DNA of 64,000 nt, from contig MEDY01000032.1 in NCBI GenBank assembly GCA_001724265.1, positions 1 to 64,000 of the forward strand. The letters are read 5' to 3'. The notes beneath the pieces are model-generated. The model was not told the DNA's origin and did not search any database. It saw nothing but the letters and a program-made list of their open reading frames with translations. Positions within the stretch are counted from its first letter, which is position 1, and every line of letters starts with the position of its first letter. Made by a program: the position numbers and the translations under genes. Origin of the DNA: Rhizaria sp. SCN 62-66. Taxonomy: Eukaryota. Positions 12,101-23,736 of the stretch are shown here, piece by piece.

Positions 12101-13514
12101 AGCCGATGCCACCGACAGCGCGACCGAACGCGGGGCCTAGCGACGGGGACGACGGAGCGTTGACGAAGACATTGCGACGTGCGAGGGCGCCGGAGCTGTT
12201 AAGCGTCTCGACGTCGGTGTCGGTACGCGGGTGGCCGGCGCCCATTGTCGCGGGGGCGTCGTAGGACGCATGCTTGTTGATGCGAAACTCAACGCCAACA
12301 GCAGCAGCCGCATTCGCAGCCGTGGTGCCAGCGTTGACGCCGTGGCTACTCCAGGCGCTGGTGATGCCCCCGGGGTTGTGTGTCGAATGATTAAGCTTCG
12401 ACCCAGCGCCGCGTTGGTCGTCACACTCGTCTTCATCGTCGTCGTTGTTGTTGTCGTCCTCGTAGTCGTCATCGTCGTTGTCGTTGACGGGGTAGATGCT
12501 CGCAGTATCTTCAGTCACCGAATAGTCGCCGTACGTGCCGCCGCCGGGCGGGCCGGTCATTGCGCTTGAATCGCCGCCGTCAAAGTTGAAACTCGCGAGA
12601 CCGCCGGCGCCGGCAGTAGCAGGTCGCTGCATGACACATGCGTTGTTGTTGATGTTGTAGTTGTCCAGAGAGTCGCCAGCGACGATTACACCCCCGACAC
12701 CCGCGGTTGTCGTGACGATGGCCGCGCTGGACGACAACTGCGCGGGCGTGTCAGCTGCCCCGGCCGAGCCAGCCAGCGAGAGCGTTCTGACCGCTGTGTA
12801 ATTCGTCGTCGGGGCCAGCTGAGACCCGAGCGACGGCGGCTGTGACGGCGCGATGGACTGTGAGTGCGAGTGGGTGTCCGACAGAGTCAACGAAGCGGGG
12901 TTCGCGTTCCGTGCTGCTGTTGCGAGGCCGCCGTTGTCGTTGGAGCTGAGTGCTAGAGACACAAACGGTGTCGGAGACACGTACCCGCTGGCAAATCTGG
13001 CCCCACCCACACCGCTGCCACTGATGTTGTTGTTGGCTTTGCTCATGAAGCCGCCACCGTAGACGGTCGTCGCAGAGGGCGTGATCGCAACCCGTGACGA
13101 GAGAGTCGTCTTGACGCCGGTCTGAGCACCGCCGGGGCCCTCACTCGCCGCATCACTATTGGAGACGTGGCACAAGCACGCGTGCGCGGCATAGCCCGAG
13201 AGACAGCCGGCGCCCGTCATCGCCGCACCGGTGGCGGACGAGGATGAAGAGGGCGACGCGGAAGAAAGAGGGCGCTTGAGAGCACGTGCGGAGCCGGTGA
13301 CAGAGCTGCTGCCCGTGGTCGGCGGAAGCGTCGTCGTTGCGAGACCGCTGTCGCCGCCGAGCTGAAAGTCACCGGGAGAGCCCGCGCCGACAACGCCGCT
13401 GTTTCGGTGTTGCGCACGGCAGAAGGCGTCGGACTGCGGAGAGGTGAACTCGGTTCGACTGCGCAGTGGTGCAGCAGGGTCTCGATCCCCCGGGTCGCGG
13501 CCCGAATGCGACAT
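6492..13514 (-). CDS. CDC25: Cdc25-type dual-specificity phosphatase (rhodanese fold), about 2340 aa, read through four in-frame TAG codons
   Basis: ORFs 11319-13514, 10476-11315 and 6492-10148 share one frame and are separated only by TAG at 11319-21, 10476-78, 10356-58 and 10161-63. Motifs: FLIVDMRFLYEFDNGHLVSAINI, active site VFHCEYSRLRGP (HCx5R at 10386-10409, absent from the ORF track) and LSFPEVVVMHGGYRAFY...LCAPQYYMEM. Ends in TAA. Confidence 0.88.
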
Positions 13515-15150
13515 CGTGGTTCACACAGCGAGTCAAAAACGGAGGCGCAAGAAAAAAGACTGACGGGGGTAGTCCGCGGCCGAAGCGTAGGAAGAACCGA
13601 GTTTGTTCCGGGGCGGGACGGCAGAGCCGAGCGTTGCTAGAGGAGAGTGTCAGTCACGACTGGGACTGTGTCAGGAGAGGGAAAAAGAAGGGTAGTGGTT
13701 GATAACCACTACAAAACAGAAGAAAACACAATATTACAATATTATGCACAATGAACGCGCAAAAGAATGCAAATGTGGCACCATGGGTGTGAGAAAGAGT
13801 ATGGTAAAGTGGAATAATAAGTGTAAGTGAGCCACCCCTTAAGCATGGTATCGAGGTAGGCGGATATTGAGACTTTGGCAGCAATAACCGCGCATAAAGC
13901 AATAAATCTGCATATTAAAAGAACATAACTCAGTTTTAACAAGTAGTCAGTCTTGACTAATGTAACGAATTATCTAACCGGAAAAGACCTGGAAAAAACC
14001 CTCACCAGGCTCGTGTCGATCTGTAATGAGATTTTTCCCCAAGCCATTTCAGCACCAGTCCAAAGGCATAGACAGGGATACTTTGTAGGGACATGCTAAA
14101 CAGTCGCACATCCACCATAGCAAAACCGCATGCGCAGATGACACAATCCCGGCGTGATGCACGGGTCGGGAAATTCGGGGATGCCCCCCCTTGGGTGGGG
14201 TGCTTACCGGCTAACTGTTAGTCGTGATAGAAAGTGGTCGCGATGTCTTCGTAGAAGGATTACTTCGCTGCTGAGTGGAGAGAGCGACGAGGAGTCGGCT
14301 GCTATCTCCGTAGTCAACTTTAACAGCTCCAAGCAGGCGCTTGCCGTCGACAAATGAATGGTATATCCCGGTATGATATGTTCCTGTGAGGCTAGATGTA
14401 TATGGTATTTGTGATATTGCTTGCGCGCATATCCTACCCGGTCTATGCTGCTCTCGCAGATTCGTCTCCAGAGGGACGTCGCTTGCTCCTCCTCTCACAT
14501 GTTATTTGCAAACCACGGCGGTGTATATAATTTCAGAGTTCACTATAGTTTGGATATGGTGTTTTTCATGTGTGTACATCTCATGGCGTGCGCTGTGCTT
14601 CTCCCAGATTGATGTCCTTCTGTACTAACGCTTCATGGAAGTGCGATGCTTTTCACTGATCCACGCGCGTCTCGTCAACGCACGCAACAATGGATTCATA
14701 CGCGCACCTGTCAAGCGTGGCAGGATCCTCAACGACATGATATTGTTCTGCGGTTTGCTTTTTTAAGTTAAATTTCACTCACGGCTTCTTCTAATCTCGT
14801 CTACCCTGTTCTCGGTGCCCTTTCTCCGGTCACCTCCTTCGTAGCCCTCGCTTCCCTCGCAGCGCACGTTCAGGTCCCCAACGCTCTACAATACTCACTG
14901 AACGTTGAGCAGGCGTCTATTTCTTCCTTGCCCGCAATCCTGTAACCGGTAGTTTTTCGTGTGCACTTACTTCGGTCTAAGGTTCTTGTCTTTTGCTGTA
15001 TCGACAACAAAGACAACTAGTCTCAACACACTCACACACACACACGCAGACGCGCACTTAACTCTGCGGCGCACAGACACGACACGCACACCGTGACTTG
15101 AGCTCAGTCATCTTTGTTTTTGTGAACGCACAGCAACCACAGCTTTCAGA

Positions 15151-16034
15151 ATGTCTAACGCGAAGGACAAAGTCAAAGTTGTTTTGCTCGGCAAGTACTC
15201 CGTACGTTATCATTAAAGCAAAGCTTTGTCTTTTTACATTTAGATAACTTCCTCGATCTAAGCCCACGCCTCTGGTTTATAATGTATGCTGTTCGATTCT
15301 TACTCACTCTTCATTGTTGTCCCCTTTGTATTCTGCTTTTGTTCGTTCATGAAATCATCGCACTGCGTGTTCAGGCCGGCAAAACGTGTCTGATCGACCG
15401 CCTCGTTCACGAGCGCTTCCTGGGCCCCACGTCCTCTACCGTCGGCGCCGCCTTTAACGCCTTCGACGTCCCTCTCGACCCTCGCGGTGCCAAGAAGCTC
15501 ACCCTAGGCATCTGGGACACCGCGGGCTCCGACCGGTTCGAGTCCCTCACGAAGCTCTACTACAAGGACGCCGCCGCGGCGCTTGTGTGCTACGACCTCA
15601 CCGACGCGGACAGCTTCGAGCGCGCCAAAGCCTGGGTGCAGCGTGTGACGGAGACCGAGGCCGCATGCCTCATCGTGATCATTGGGACGAAGCTCGACCT
15701 AGTCGACGCTGGCGGCTCCCCGCGTGGCGTTCCTCTTTCACAGGCGCGCGCTTACGCAGCGAGCATCAACGCGCAGTACTTCGAGTGCTCGGCCAAGCTC
15801 GAGGATCAACTTCCCGGTGGCTGCCGCATTGGCGAGCCGTTCGAGTGGGTGGCGCGCGCCGTCGCCGCCAAGAAGGACGCCAAGTCAACCGCGGGCGCGG
15901 GCGGCGCTGCCGGCGGCGCCGGGACCGGGGGCGCCGGCGCGGGCGCGCAGGGCGGGGCTGCGGGGCAGCGCGCTGGGGCAACGGCGGTGCGGCTTGACAG
16001 CGCGGGCGAGCGCTCGCGCGGGCCGTGCTGCTGA
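15151..16034 (+). CDS. RAB24: Rab24-like small GTPase; exons 15151-15201 and 15375-16034; 236 aa
   Basis: Spliced P-loop VKVVLLGKYS/AGKT. TVGAAF, LGIWDTAGSDRF (Ser in place of Gln) and GTKLDL (Thr in place of Asn) are Rab24 signatures. ECSAK and a C-terminal CC prenylation site are present. Ends in TGA. Confidence 0.85.
15202..15374 (+). other. Spliceosomal intron of Rab24 (173 nt)
   Basis: GTACGT...TTCAG. Removal restores the GxxxxGKT P-loop. Confidence 0.9.
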
Positions 16035-16364
16035 ACGCTCCAAATGGGCTCAAGCCTCCTCTTTTTGTCTTGCGTACCATGAATGGCCGACTCGCAAATA
16101 TACTTTGAATTTGTTTATGTGATGATTTTTAAGCAATATATATTAGAACGTGTTTTCTATTTTGTTTTGCATGTGATTGATGATGGCCATGCACGTTGCT
16201 TGCGTTAATTAATACAAAGTACCTACGCATATCACTTGAAGGAAGCAGTGGCAGAGAGATGAAAAGAAAGCTAATGTATCAAAAGACGAAAATGAATCAT
16301 CGTCAAAACTAAATAGTTTAAAGTGTTCTAACGTAATGTAGGCGGTCGACTATTGCAATTGCTA

Positions 16365-19300
16365 TTATATTTGCTCCTGCTGTTGTTTCTCGTTTGCAGC
16401 AGCACCTGAATCCCCCGCAGCAGCAACCGCGGCAGCTGCCGCAGCAGCCGCTGCAGCCACTGCAGCCGCAGCCGCAGCGTCGGTAACCAACGTCGTTGCG
16501 GCCGGTGGGGGCGCCAACGACACGGGCCCAGTCCCGGGGGGCACAGAGGGCGCGGCAGACACTTGTGCTGCGCCGGGTGCCGCGGTCAAAGGCGACCCCT
16601 CGGGCGGCGCACTGTGTGCTGTGCCGCCAGAGAGTGCACTGGTAGGCGCAGCAGGTGATGTGCCGGGTGGAAGTGGCGCGGCGTTTGCCAGCGACGGGGC
16701 AGCGGTAGCTAATTGCGCAGTCCCAGCTAATTGCGCAGCGTGCGCAGCGCTCTGCAACTGTGCCGCCGCAGTCTGCATTTGCGTCGCGCTTGACAGCTGC
16801 GCAGCTGCACCAGGCAGCGCACTGGTCCCCGGCGGCAGCGTGGTCGCTCTCGGCAGCGCCGCGGAGCCGGACGGCAGCGGCGGTGCAGCGGCTGAGAGCA
16901 CGTAACCAGCCGGAGGGAGCCCGTGGCCGTGCCCGCCCTGTGGCGGCGGCGGGTGGCCGGGAGCGTGGCCGTAGTGATTCGGCGGCAGCGGCGGGTACAT
17001 CGGCAGCCCCAGCCCCGTCATCATCGTGATTGGAATCGGCAGCTGCCCGTATAAATGCGGCGGCGCGTGCGGCGGCCCGTGACCGTGGGCGTGACCGTGG
17101 GCGCTGGCGGCCGTGACCGGCAGCGCGTGCGTCGGCATTCCGGGCGGGAGCCGCATGGCGGCGTGTCCCTGCATCGTGTGTGCCGGTAACGCGTGCCCTT
17201 GCGCGTGCAGCGCGTGTCCCTGCATCGCCGCGGCGTGTCCCTGCATGTCGCGGAACAGCGCGTCGCCCATCCCCGTGGCTGACTGAGGGTGCGGCACTGG
17301 CGGCGGCGGCGGCGGCGCAGTGTGGGCCACGGGCGCGACAGAGCCGCCGCCAGCAGCACCGGCTCCTGACGCAGCGGCGGCGGCTGCGGCGGCCACGGCG
17401 GCGGCGGCGGCGGCGGCTGCCGCGGCGGACGACGGCATCCCCGAGTGCGTGTGCGCGTGTGCGTGAGGGTGCGCGTGGGCCGCCGCATGCACCGCCGCGT
17501 GCGCCGCGTGCGAGTGCATGTGCGAGGGATGCACCGGGAGCGGCATGAACTCGGCACCGGGAGCCATCGCCATGCCGCCCGCTGCTCCGGCCGCCGCAGC
17601 CGGCGCCGCAGCGGCGGGCGACCCAGCGCTGTGCGCGCCGTGGGCACCGGGGCGGGAGCTGTCAGCCGCTGCGGCGACACTCCGACCGGGCGCGGCGCCT
17701 GTGGCTGGCGCGGCCGCAGCAGCGGACGGCACAGCACCAGCCGAGGCCTTCGCGGCGGCGAGCGCTGCGGCTGCTGCTGCTGCTGCTGCGGCGGCGGCCG
17801 AGCCACCGCCGGAGACCTGCTGCGGCGCTGCGCCCGTGGCTGCTGCTGCGGCTGCAGCGGGGCTGACGCCCGTGAGGGCAGCGACAACATCCCTGTTGTA
17901 CGGATCGTTAAAAGCAATCGCTGCGGTGACGTCGTCGATGCCGAATGTGCGTGTGTGATACTTATCGAAACATGTGATGCAGAGCGGGACGTTGCAGGCC
18001 TTGCAGAGCAGTCGCGTAAGATACTTGCGTTTGTCATCTGGGGTCTTGAGCTTCTGGCAGTGCTTGCAGCGGCGAGATCCCTTTGGCAGCCGCACGGGCC
18101 AGTGCTGCGCGTGGGGCGGCACAACAGGGATATGGGCAACACGGTGTGCAGAGGACGCCGCAACAGACTCGTCGGCAGCGGCAGCGGCGGGCGCGACGGC
18201 GCGGCCGGACTCGTCGACGGTGACCCGGGCGTGCGGGGGAAATTCGAAGAACGAGTGCAGAATGCTCAACAGCGCCTCGCCAACTGGTGGCGACGACAAC
18301 ATTGATGACGACGATGATGACAACAAAGACGAACCCGTTGCCGCTGCAGAAGGTTGAGTCGCAGCTTGCGATGATGAGGACGCTGCAACAGCTGCTGCTG
18401 CGGCGGCGGCCGCGGCAGCCGCTGCTGCCGCAACGGAGGTCGGCCCACCCGAGGCGTTGCCACCGGGGGGCATCACCCCGTGCTGGTGGACGCTGCCGCC
18501 GACAGTCCGCGCCAGACCCGGGTGCAGCGCCAGCCCAAGCGCACCGGGACCGGCGGCGCTCGCGGTCGCGACGGTGCCAGTGCCGCCGCTACGGCTGAGG
18601 GACTCGAGAGGCGGGGGCAAATGGTCGACGTCAGAGCTGGTGCCGTAGCCGGCGGCAGAGCCGTTCGCAACGTCGTTGCCGTCGGTCATTGCAATCGCCC
18701 TGCCAGTGTGTCCATCTCTAACGCTGGTGGTGTTGTTGCTGTTGTTGTTGTTGTTGTTGTTGTTGATATTATTGTTGTCAGAGCCAACATGTTCGTGACC
18801 GTCGTCGCTGTCAGAAGCAGCGTCGGAATGCTCGTTATCATCGTCGTGGTCACTAGCATAGTCGCCTTCGTCAGCACCGTCATCGCTATTCATGCCGCTA
18901 TCATCATTTGAAGGGCGCCCAGTTCGTGAACGGCCGCCGACCGCGCCGTTGTGAGCACGCTTCAGTCCTCGACTCTTGTGACTCTGCTGATGTTGCTGTC
19001 GGGCAGCAGAGGCGGCATATCCCAAGTGTTCTGAACCGACACGATGCACCTGTTGCAGTTGAACTGGATGTTGATACTGGTATTGAATCTCATGCTGTTG
19101 ATACGGAGGTACTGCCATCTGTTGTCGCTGCACATCAGTCGTCGCCAGAGTCGGCATCAGCGCACCTTGCGTCGCAGTCGCCACACTCCTGAACGCAGCC
19201 GCGGCCGGACACGCGTTGGGGTCGTGGCCGATTTGACCACACAGGCGACACGCCTGCTGAAGCGCGTGGTTGCGGCCGGCAGCACTACCGTCATCACTTG

Positions 19301-20180
19301 CGTGTGCAGCAGCAGCAGCAGCAGCGCTAGCGTCGGTGCCAGAGCCAGGAGCATTGCTGGAAACGGTTGGGTCAGCGGTAGCTTGTGCGCTTGACGGCCC
19401 GCTCACAGATTCGCGAGCTGTCAAACCCTGCTTGCTGACTGAAGCAGAGCTAGTGCTGTTGTTTCCGACTGTGGCATCGTCGTTCGAGCCGCCACTGTCG
19501 CCAATGTGGGGTGCAGTTGCGCTCGCCCCGGCAGTTGCACCAGAATTGCCACTGGGAGCGGTTGCGCTGTTGCCTTCTGCGGCCGCTGACTTGGCTGCAT
19601 CAGCTGCAGAGTCTGCGGCCGCAATAGTCCCGGTCGAGGAGACGCCAGAGGGCACGGGCATGAGAGGCCCCATGGACGGGAAATGATGACCGTGTGCGCC
19701 AGAGGGCCAAAAGGCGGGCCCGTACGGAGGAACCGGGTGACTGTGACCGTGGGTGTGGCTGAGACCAGCAGCAGCAACAGCAGCAGCCGCGGCGGCGGCC
19801 GCAGCAGCGGCAGCGGCGGCGCCGGTGGGATTAGGATAAGGCAGCCCCGCCCCGGCCGCGGCTGCGGTGCCAGACGCGGCGGGCGGCGGCGGCAGCGGCA
19901 GGCTGTGGCTTTGACCGGTCTGGTGAGCGTGTAACTGAGAGTGTGAGAGCTGTGGCGGCTGCAAGTGACCGTGGGTGAGATGACTGTGTGCATGCGCTTG
20001 CTGCAGTGCCATCGGCGCGTTCTGATGACCGTGAGCAGCAGCAGCGGCAGCAGCGGTCGCAGCAGCAGCAGTGGCATTAGAGTGAACATGAGACGCCAGT
20101 GGATGCGATGCCAGTGTTGCACCAATACTAGCCTGGGCAGAAAGCGCTTGGTCGAGCTCAAGCTGTTGTTGTTGTTGTTG

Positions 20181-20219
<39 letters not shown>

Positions 20220-21227
20220 TTGTTGTTGTTGTGCCTCTGCGTGGCCGCTGACACTCTCGTTGCCGGCGATGGTGGTGTGGCTGCTACTGCCCTTGCCGTT
20301 ACTGCGAATGTACGCAGCGCCGTAGTGGGACAGATATCGCGGACATGTCTTGGAGTAGTGGCCCAGTCGGCCGCAGATGCGGCACTCGTGCGCGCGCCGG
20401 CCCGCGACCCCGGCACCGTTGGCGCCATCAGCGGCGCTCGAGTTCGAGGCAGCAGCACCCGAAGCAGCGCCAGGGCCGGTGCCGGAACCGCCGGAGTCAG
20501 GAAAGACAGCGGCGTCCGCGGCGGTGGAGTCAGGATCAGTGAACGCAGACGGTAGCGAAGGCGGGGCCAGCCGCGGCTCCACGTTGTTCGCAGAGGCCGC
20601 GGACGATGCGGCGGCGGCAGCAGCGGCGGCAAGCGCGGCAGCAGCAGTCGTTGCTGTGCTGTTTGCATCCGCGCCAACACTGCGGCTGGGGAAAGTGTCG
20701 GCTGATGCGTTGCGCTCGACAACACCGGCATTGGTGGTATCCCCGACCGCGGCAGCAATCGCAGCGGCCGCGGCAGCAACTGTCGCCGCCGAGGTAGGAG
20801 TAGAAGAAGACCCAGACGCGGGCGCATCAACCCCAATGCCGCTGCCCCCGCCAACCCCATCATCATCGCCGTCGTCATCATCGTCACTAGGATTGCCGCC
20901 GCCGTCCCCATTGCCGTTGCCTGCAGTGTCCGCGGCGTCCGCGGCGTCCGCGTCCGCGGCGTCCGCAGCGCCGGCGCGGCGCGGGACCCGCGGCAGCCCG
21001 GCGGCGCGCGCGGGGCAGGAACGCGCCGTGTGGCCGGCGCGCTGGCAGTGCGAGCAGCTGTACTTACCGCGCGGGCCGCGCCGCTTGATGGCGCGGCGCT
21101 GCTACGCCGGCAGCGGCACCACCGCGACGCCGCCACTGGCAGCGGCGGCGGGCACAGCAGCGCCGGGGGCGGGGACGAAGAGAGCGGCGGGGGCCGCGCC
21201 GGTGGGGTCTGTCATGGCGGAATACCC

Positions 21228-21258
<31 letters not shown>

Positions 21259-22139
21259 GTGGCGGCAAGGGTTGCGTGGTTCGCGGCGTTGAACGCGGCC
21301 AGCTGTTGCTGCTGTTGTTGCTGGTGTTGCATGTGTTGTTGTTGGAGGAGGTACAGCTGTTGCACAATACCGGCATTTGTGTGCGCACTAGTGTCAAGAC
21401 CAGAGCGAGATCCAACAGAAGTCCCTGTGACTACTGTGTTCAAATGTTCCGTTGCTGAGGCGGCACCCGTTGCTGCTGCGGCGGGAGCGGCTGTCGCTTT
21501 CTCAGACAGCGCAAGCCTGGTCTCCACAGCGGTGGGCGCGGCAGCAAGCGGCGGCAGCGTCGTTTGAGTAGGGGCAAACAGGCCCGGCACGCCGGGACCC
21601 TGTGCCAGACCCGGAGCGCTCGCCGACGGCGGCGCAGGGGCAGCACTCGGCTGGCGTTGCTCCGTCGAGTCTGAAGCGCGCACGGCAGCCGCAGCCGCAG
21701 CAGCAGCGGCGGCGGCGGCGGCGGCGGCGGCCGCTGCAGCTCCGGATTGCGCTGCAGAAACGTCTGAGACTGTGATCGGCACTGGGGCTGAGACAGGAAC
21801 GGACACGGAGGCCAGTGGGACCGAGGCGGAGTCAGGACGGTGGGAAATAGCCGAAGGTGGTGTCGGAGAGCCGGCTTGTGGGGGGATGGCGTGGGCGGTC
21901 AGAAAGCGGTCGACCTGAAAATGAGGGGCAATGCAAATGACATCATAGGGGCCAACGTGCCGAGACAGCGAGGAATCAGGGAGAAAGCAGGGATACGTGA
22001 AGGATTGAGATAGGAAAGGGCGAAATGCGTTGCGGAGAGCTGCTGAGTTGAAGAAAGGGGGACGTACAGTGAGTATGGGGCCAGGAGCAAGGGCATCAGT
22101 GCCGTGATAGGGCGCAATGCCGCTCGAAGCGTCTGCCAT
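16365..22139 (-). CDS. Low-complexity nucleic-acid-binding protein with three CCHC zinc knuckles and a piggyBac-type cysteine-rich domain, about 1924 aa, with one in-frame TAG at 21102-21104
   Basis: ATG at 22139 (MADASSG). The frame continues past the TAG into QRRAIKRRGPRGKYSCSHCQRAGHTARSC and on into ORF 16365-20582. Knuckles lie at 21015-21056, 20343-20384 and 19209-19250, and the Cys-rich motif at 17952-18104. Ends in TAA. Confidence 0.75.
20164..20232 (-). repeat. CAA/CAG trinucleotide tract encoding about 23 Gln
   Basis: (TTG)n(CTG)n(TTG)n on the plus strand. Confidence 0.9.
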
Positions 22140-23736
22140 CGCTGGCGGGTGGTATCTGGGGAAACCTGGAAGTCTGTGTGAGTGGTAAGAGTGACTGGCT
22201 GGAGGGGCAGATAGAGGGCAGGAAACAACAGAACAGAGGAGCATGTTTGAAACGTCGTAATTAGACGGGATAACACGTTAAGAAATATACAAGCGTGACG
22301 AGGTAATTATAAACAGTTACACGAACGCTCTAAGTCGGAAACAAGTTGATTCACGATTGCCTCGAGGCCCATTTTGAAATTAGAGAGAGCTTCGTTTGTG
22401 TCCCAACCAAATTAGAGTCCGCGCTGCGTCGTTGTTGGGGTTTTGGGGGCGCGGTTCTGAAAAAAAGCTCTGAAATTCAAAATCGAAACAGTCATCCTTG
22501 CGTATCTTATCGTCATAAAACCTGCGATGAGCTTGCACAGCACTTACCCGAGAAAGCTTGGAAATGCGATTTAAATATATGCGTACCTGTTTTTATCATT
22601 GTTTAGAGTCAAAGCGTTGCTTTCTCAAGTCGCCATCAAACCGGACGAAGCATCATTCGCGCGAGCATCACTTGTTGAGTGGACACTCTTCATTGAGCCA
22701 GTCTGCGATATAAAATCATGGCGTCATAGTGAGACAACAGTATGTCGTGTGGATCGATAAGACGATGCTCCTTTGTCACAGCTAATGTGTACTCATTTTC
22801 AACAGCCTTTAGTACGTTGCAATGACTAATAACTTCATCAACTGACTCTGCACACATCTCGTGATCGACAGCGCCATACGCAATATATTGTGAGGTAAAC
22901 CAATACATCTACAAGCATAACGTACTTCTATCAACTCTTAAGGCGTGAAAAATGCCATATGATGTTGAAATTCGTATCAAAGTCTGTTATGTCCATGAAC
23001 AGTGCTATCCTATTCATCGCAAACGTTGTGTAATTATGGCGTTGTATGCATGTTAATGGTTGCGAATGCATAGCATAATAAAATGTATCACATAGAATAC
23101 TCGTTTGAATGTCATGCCTAAAGACTGTACAGATGTATGCATAGGAAGACGGTGAAAGGCTTATAAATATCACATGACTATGTGCCGCGTCACTGGTGTG
23201 GTGAGAGCTCGTGGGTCTGCACTCTTTCTCTGCGTGGTCAAAAACGATTTGTGCATGATATCAAGTGATCGTCAAATCGTCTGCCGATGCGATTATTACA
23301 CGTACAATGCTCTTGTTGTTCCATTTCAAAGATTTTTTTGTCTGTACAAAGTCGGAATCATGTCTGAATTGTGTTAATGCTCTCACTCTACTTCGCAATG
23401 GTCGGCGTGGACAGCAACTGATCTCCTAGTCGGCCCTGGATACTGTCTAAGGTCATTCACATGTCAATATACCTCCTAACCAGTCGAACACGTGTTTTAC
23501 TTTTTGCGATCACTGTATTTTATCTCCCTAAGCATTCGCTCTGGTGAGTGTCAACACTCTTTTTCTCCGGTCTTGTTGTCAGTCATAACACCCATCCTCT
23601 CTCCTTGTCCCTCGCGGGACTCTCTGTCAAGCCACATCAGCCGGTTTCCGGCGCCCTCCGCCAAGCATATTGCGGCCCAACGGTACCTTTTTTCTTAATT
23701 GCGCGCCTTTGTACGCCGCTCTAAGCGCGTCCTAAC

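Noticed and set aside
13940-14650. Possible ncRNA, tRNA-CUA or small gene between Cdc25 and Rab24
   Set aside because: No cloverleaf, box motifs or recognisable protein could be seen. No tRNA was detected by eye anywhere in the window.
16362-16364. TAG at the end of the zinc-knuckle gene
   Set aside because: It follows the true TAA stop (16365-16367), so it is not evidence that TAG terminates.
16365-22139. Autonomous piggyBac transposon or retroelement gag
   Set aside because: No transposase core, reverse transcriptase, integrase, terminal repeats or target-site duplications were seen.
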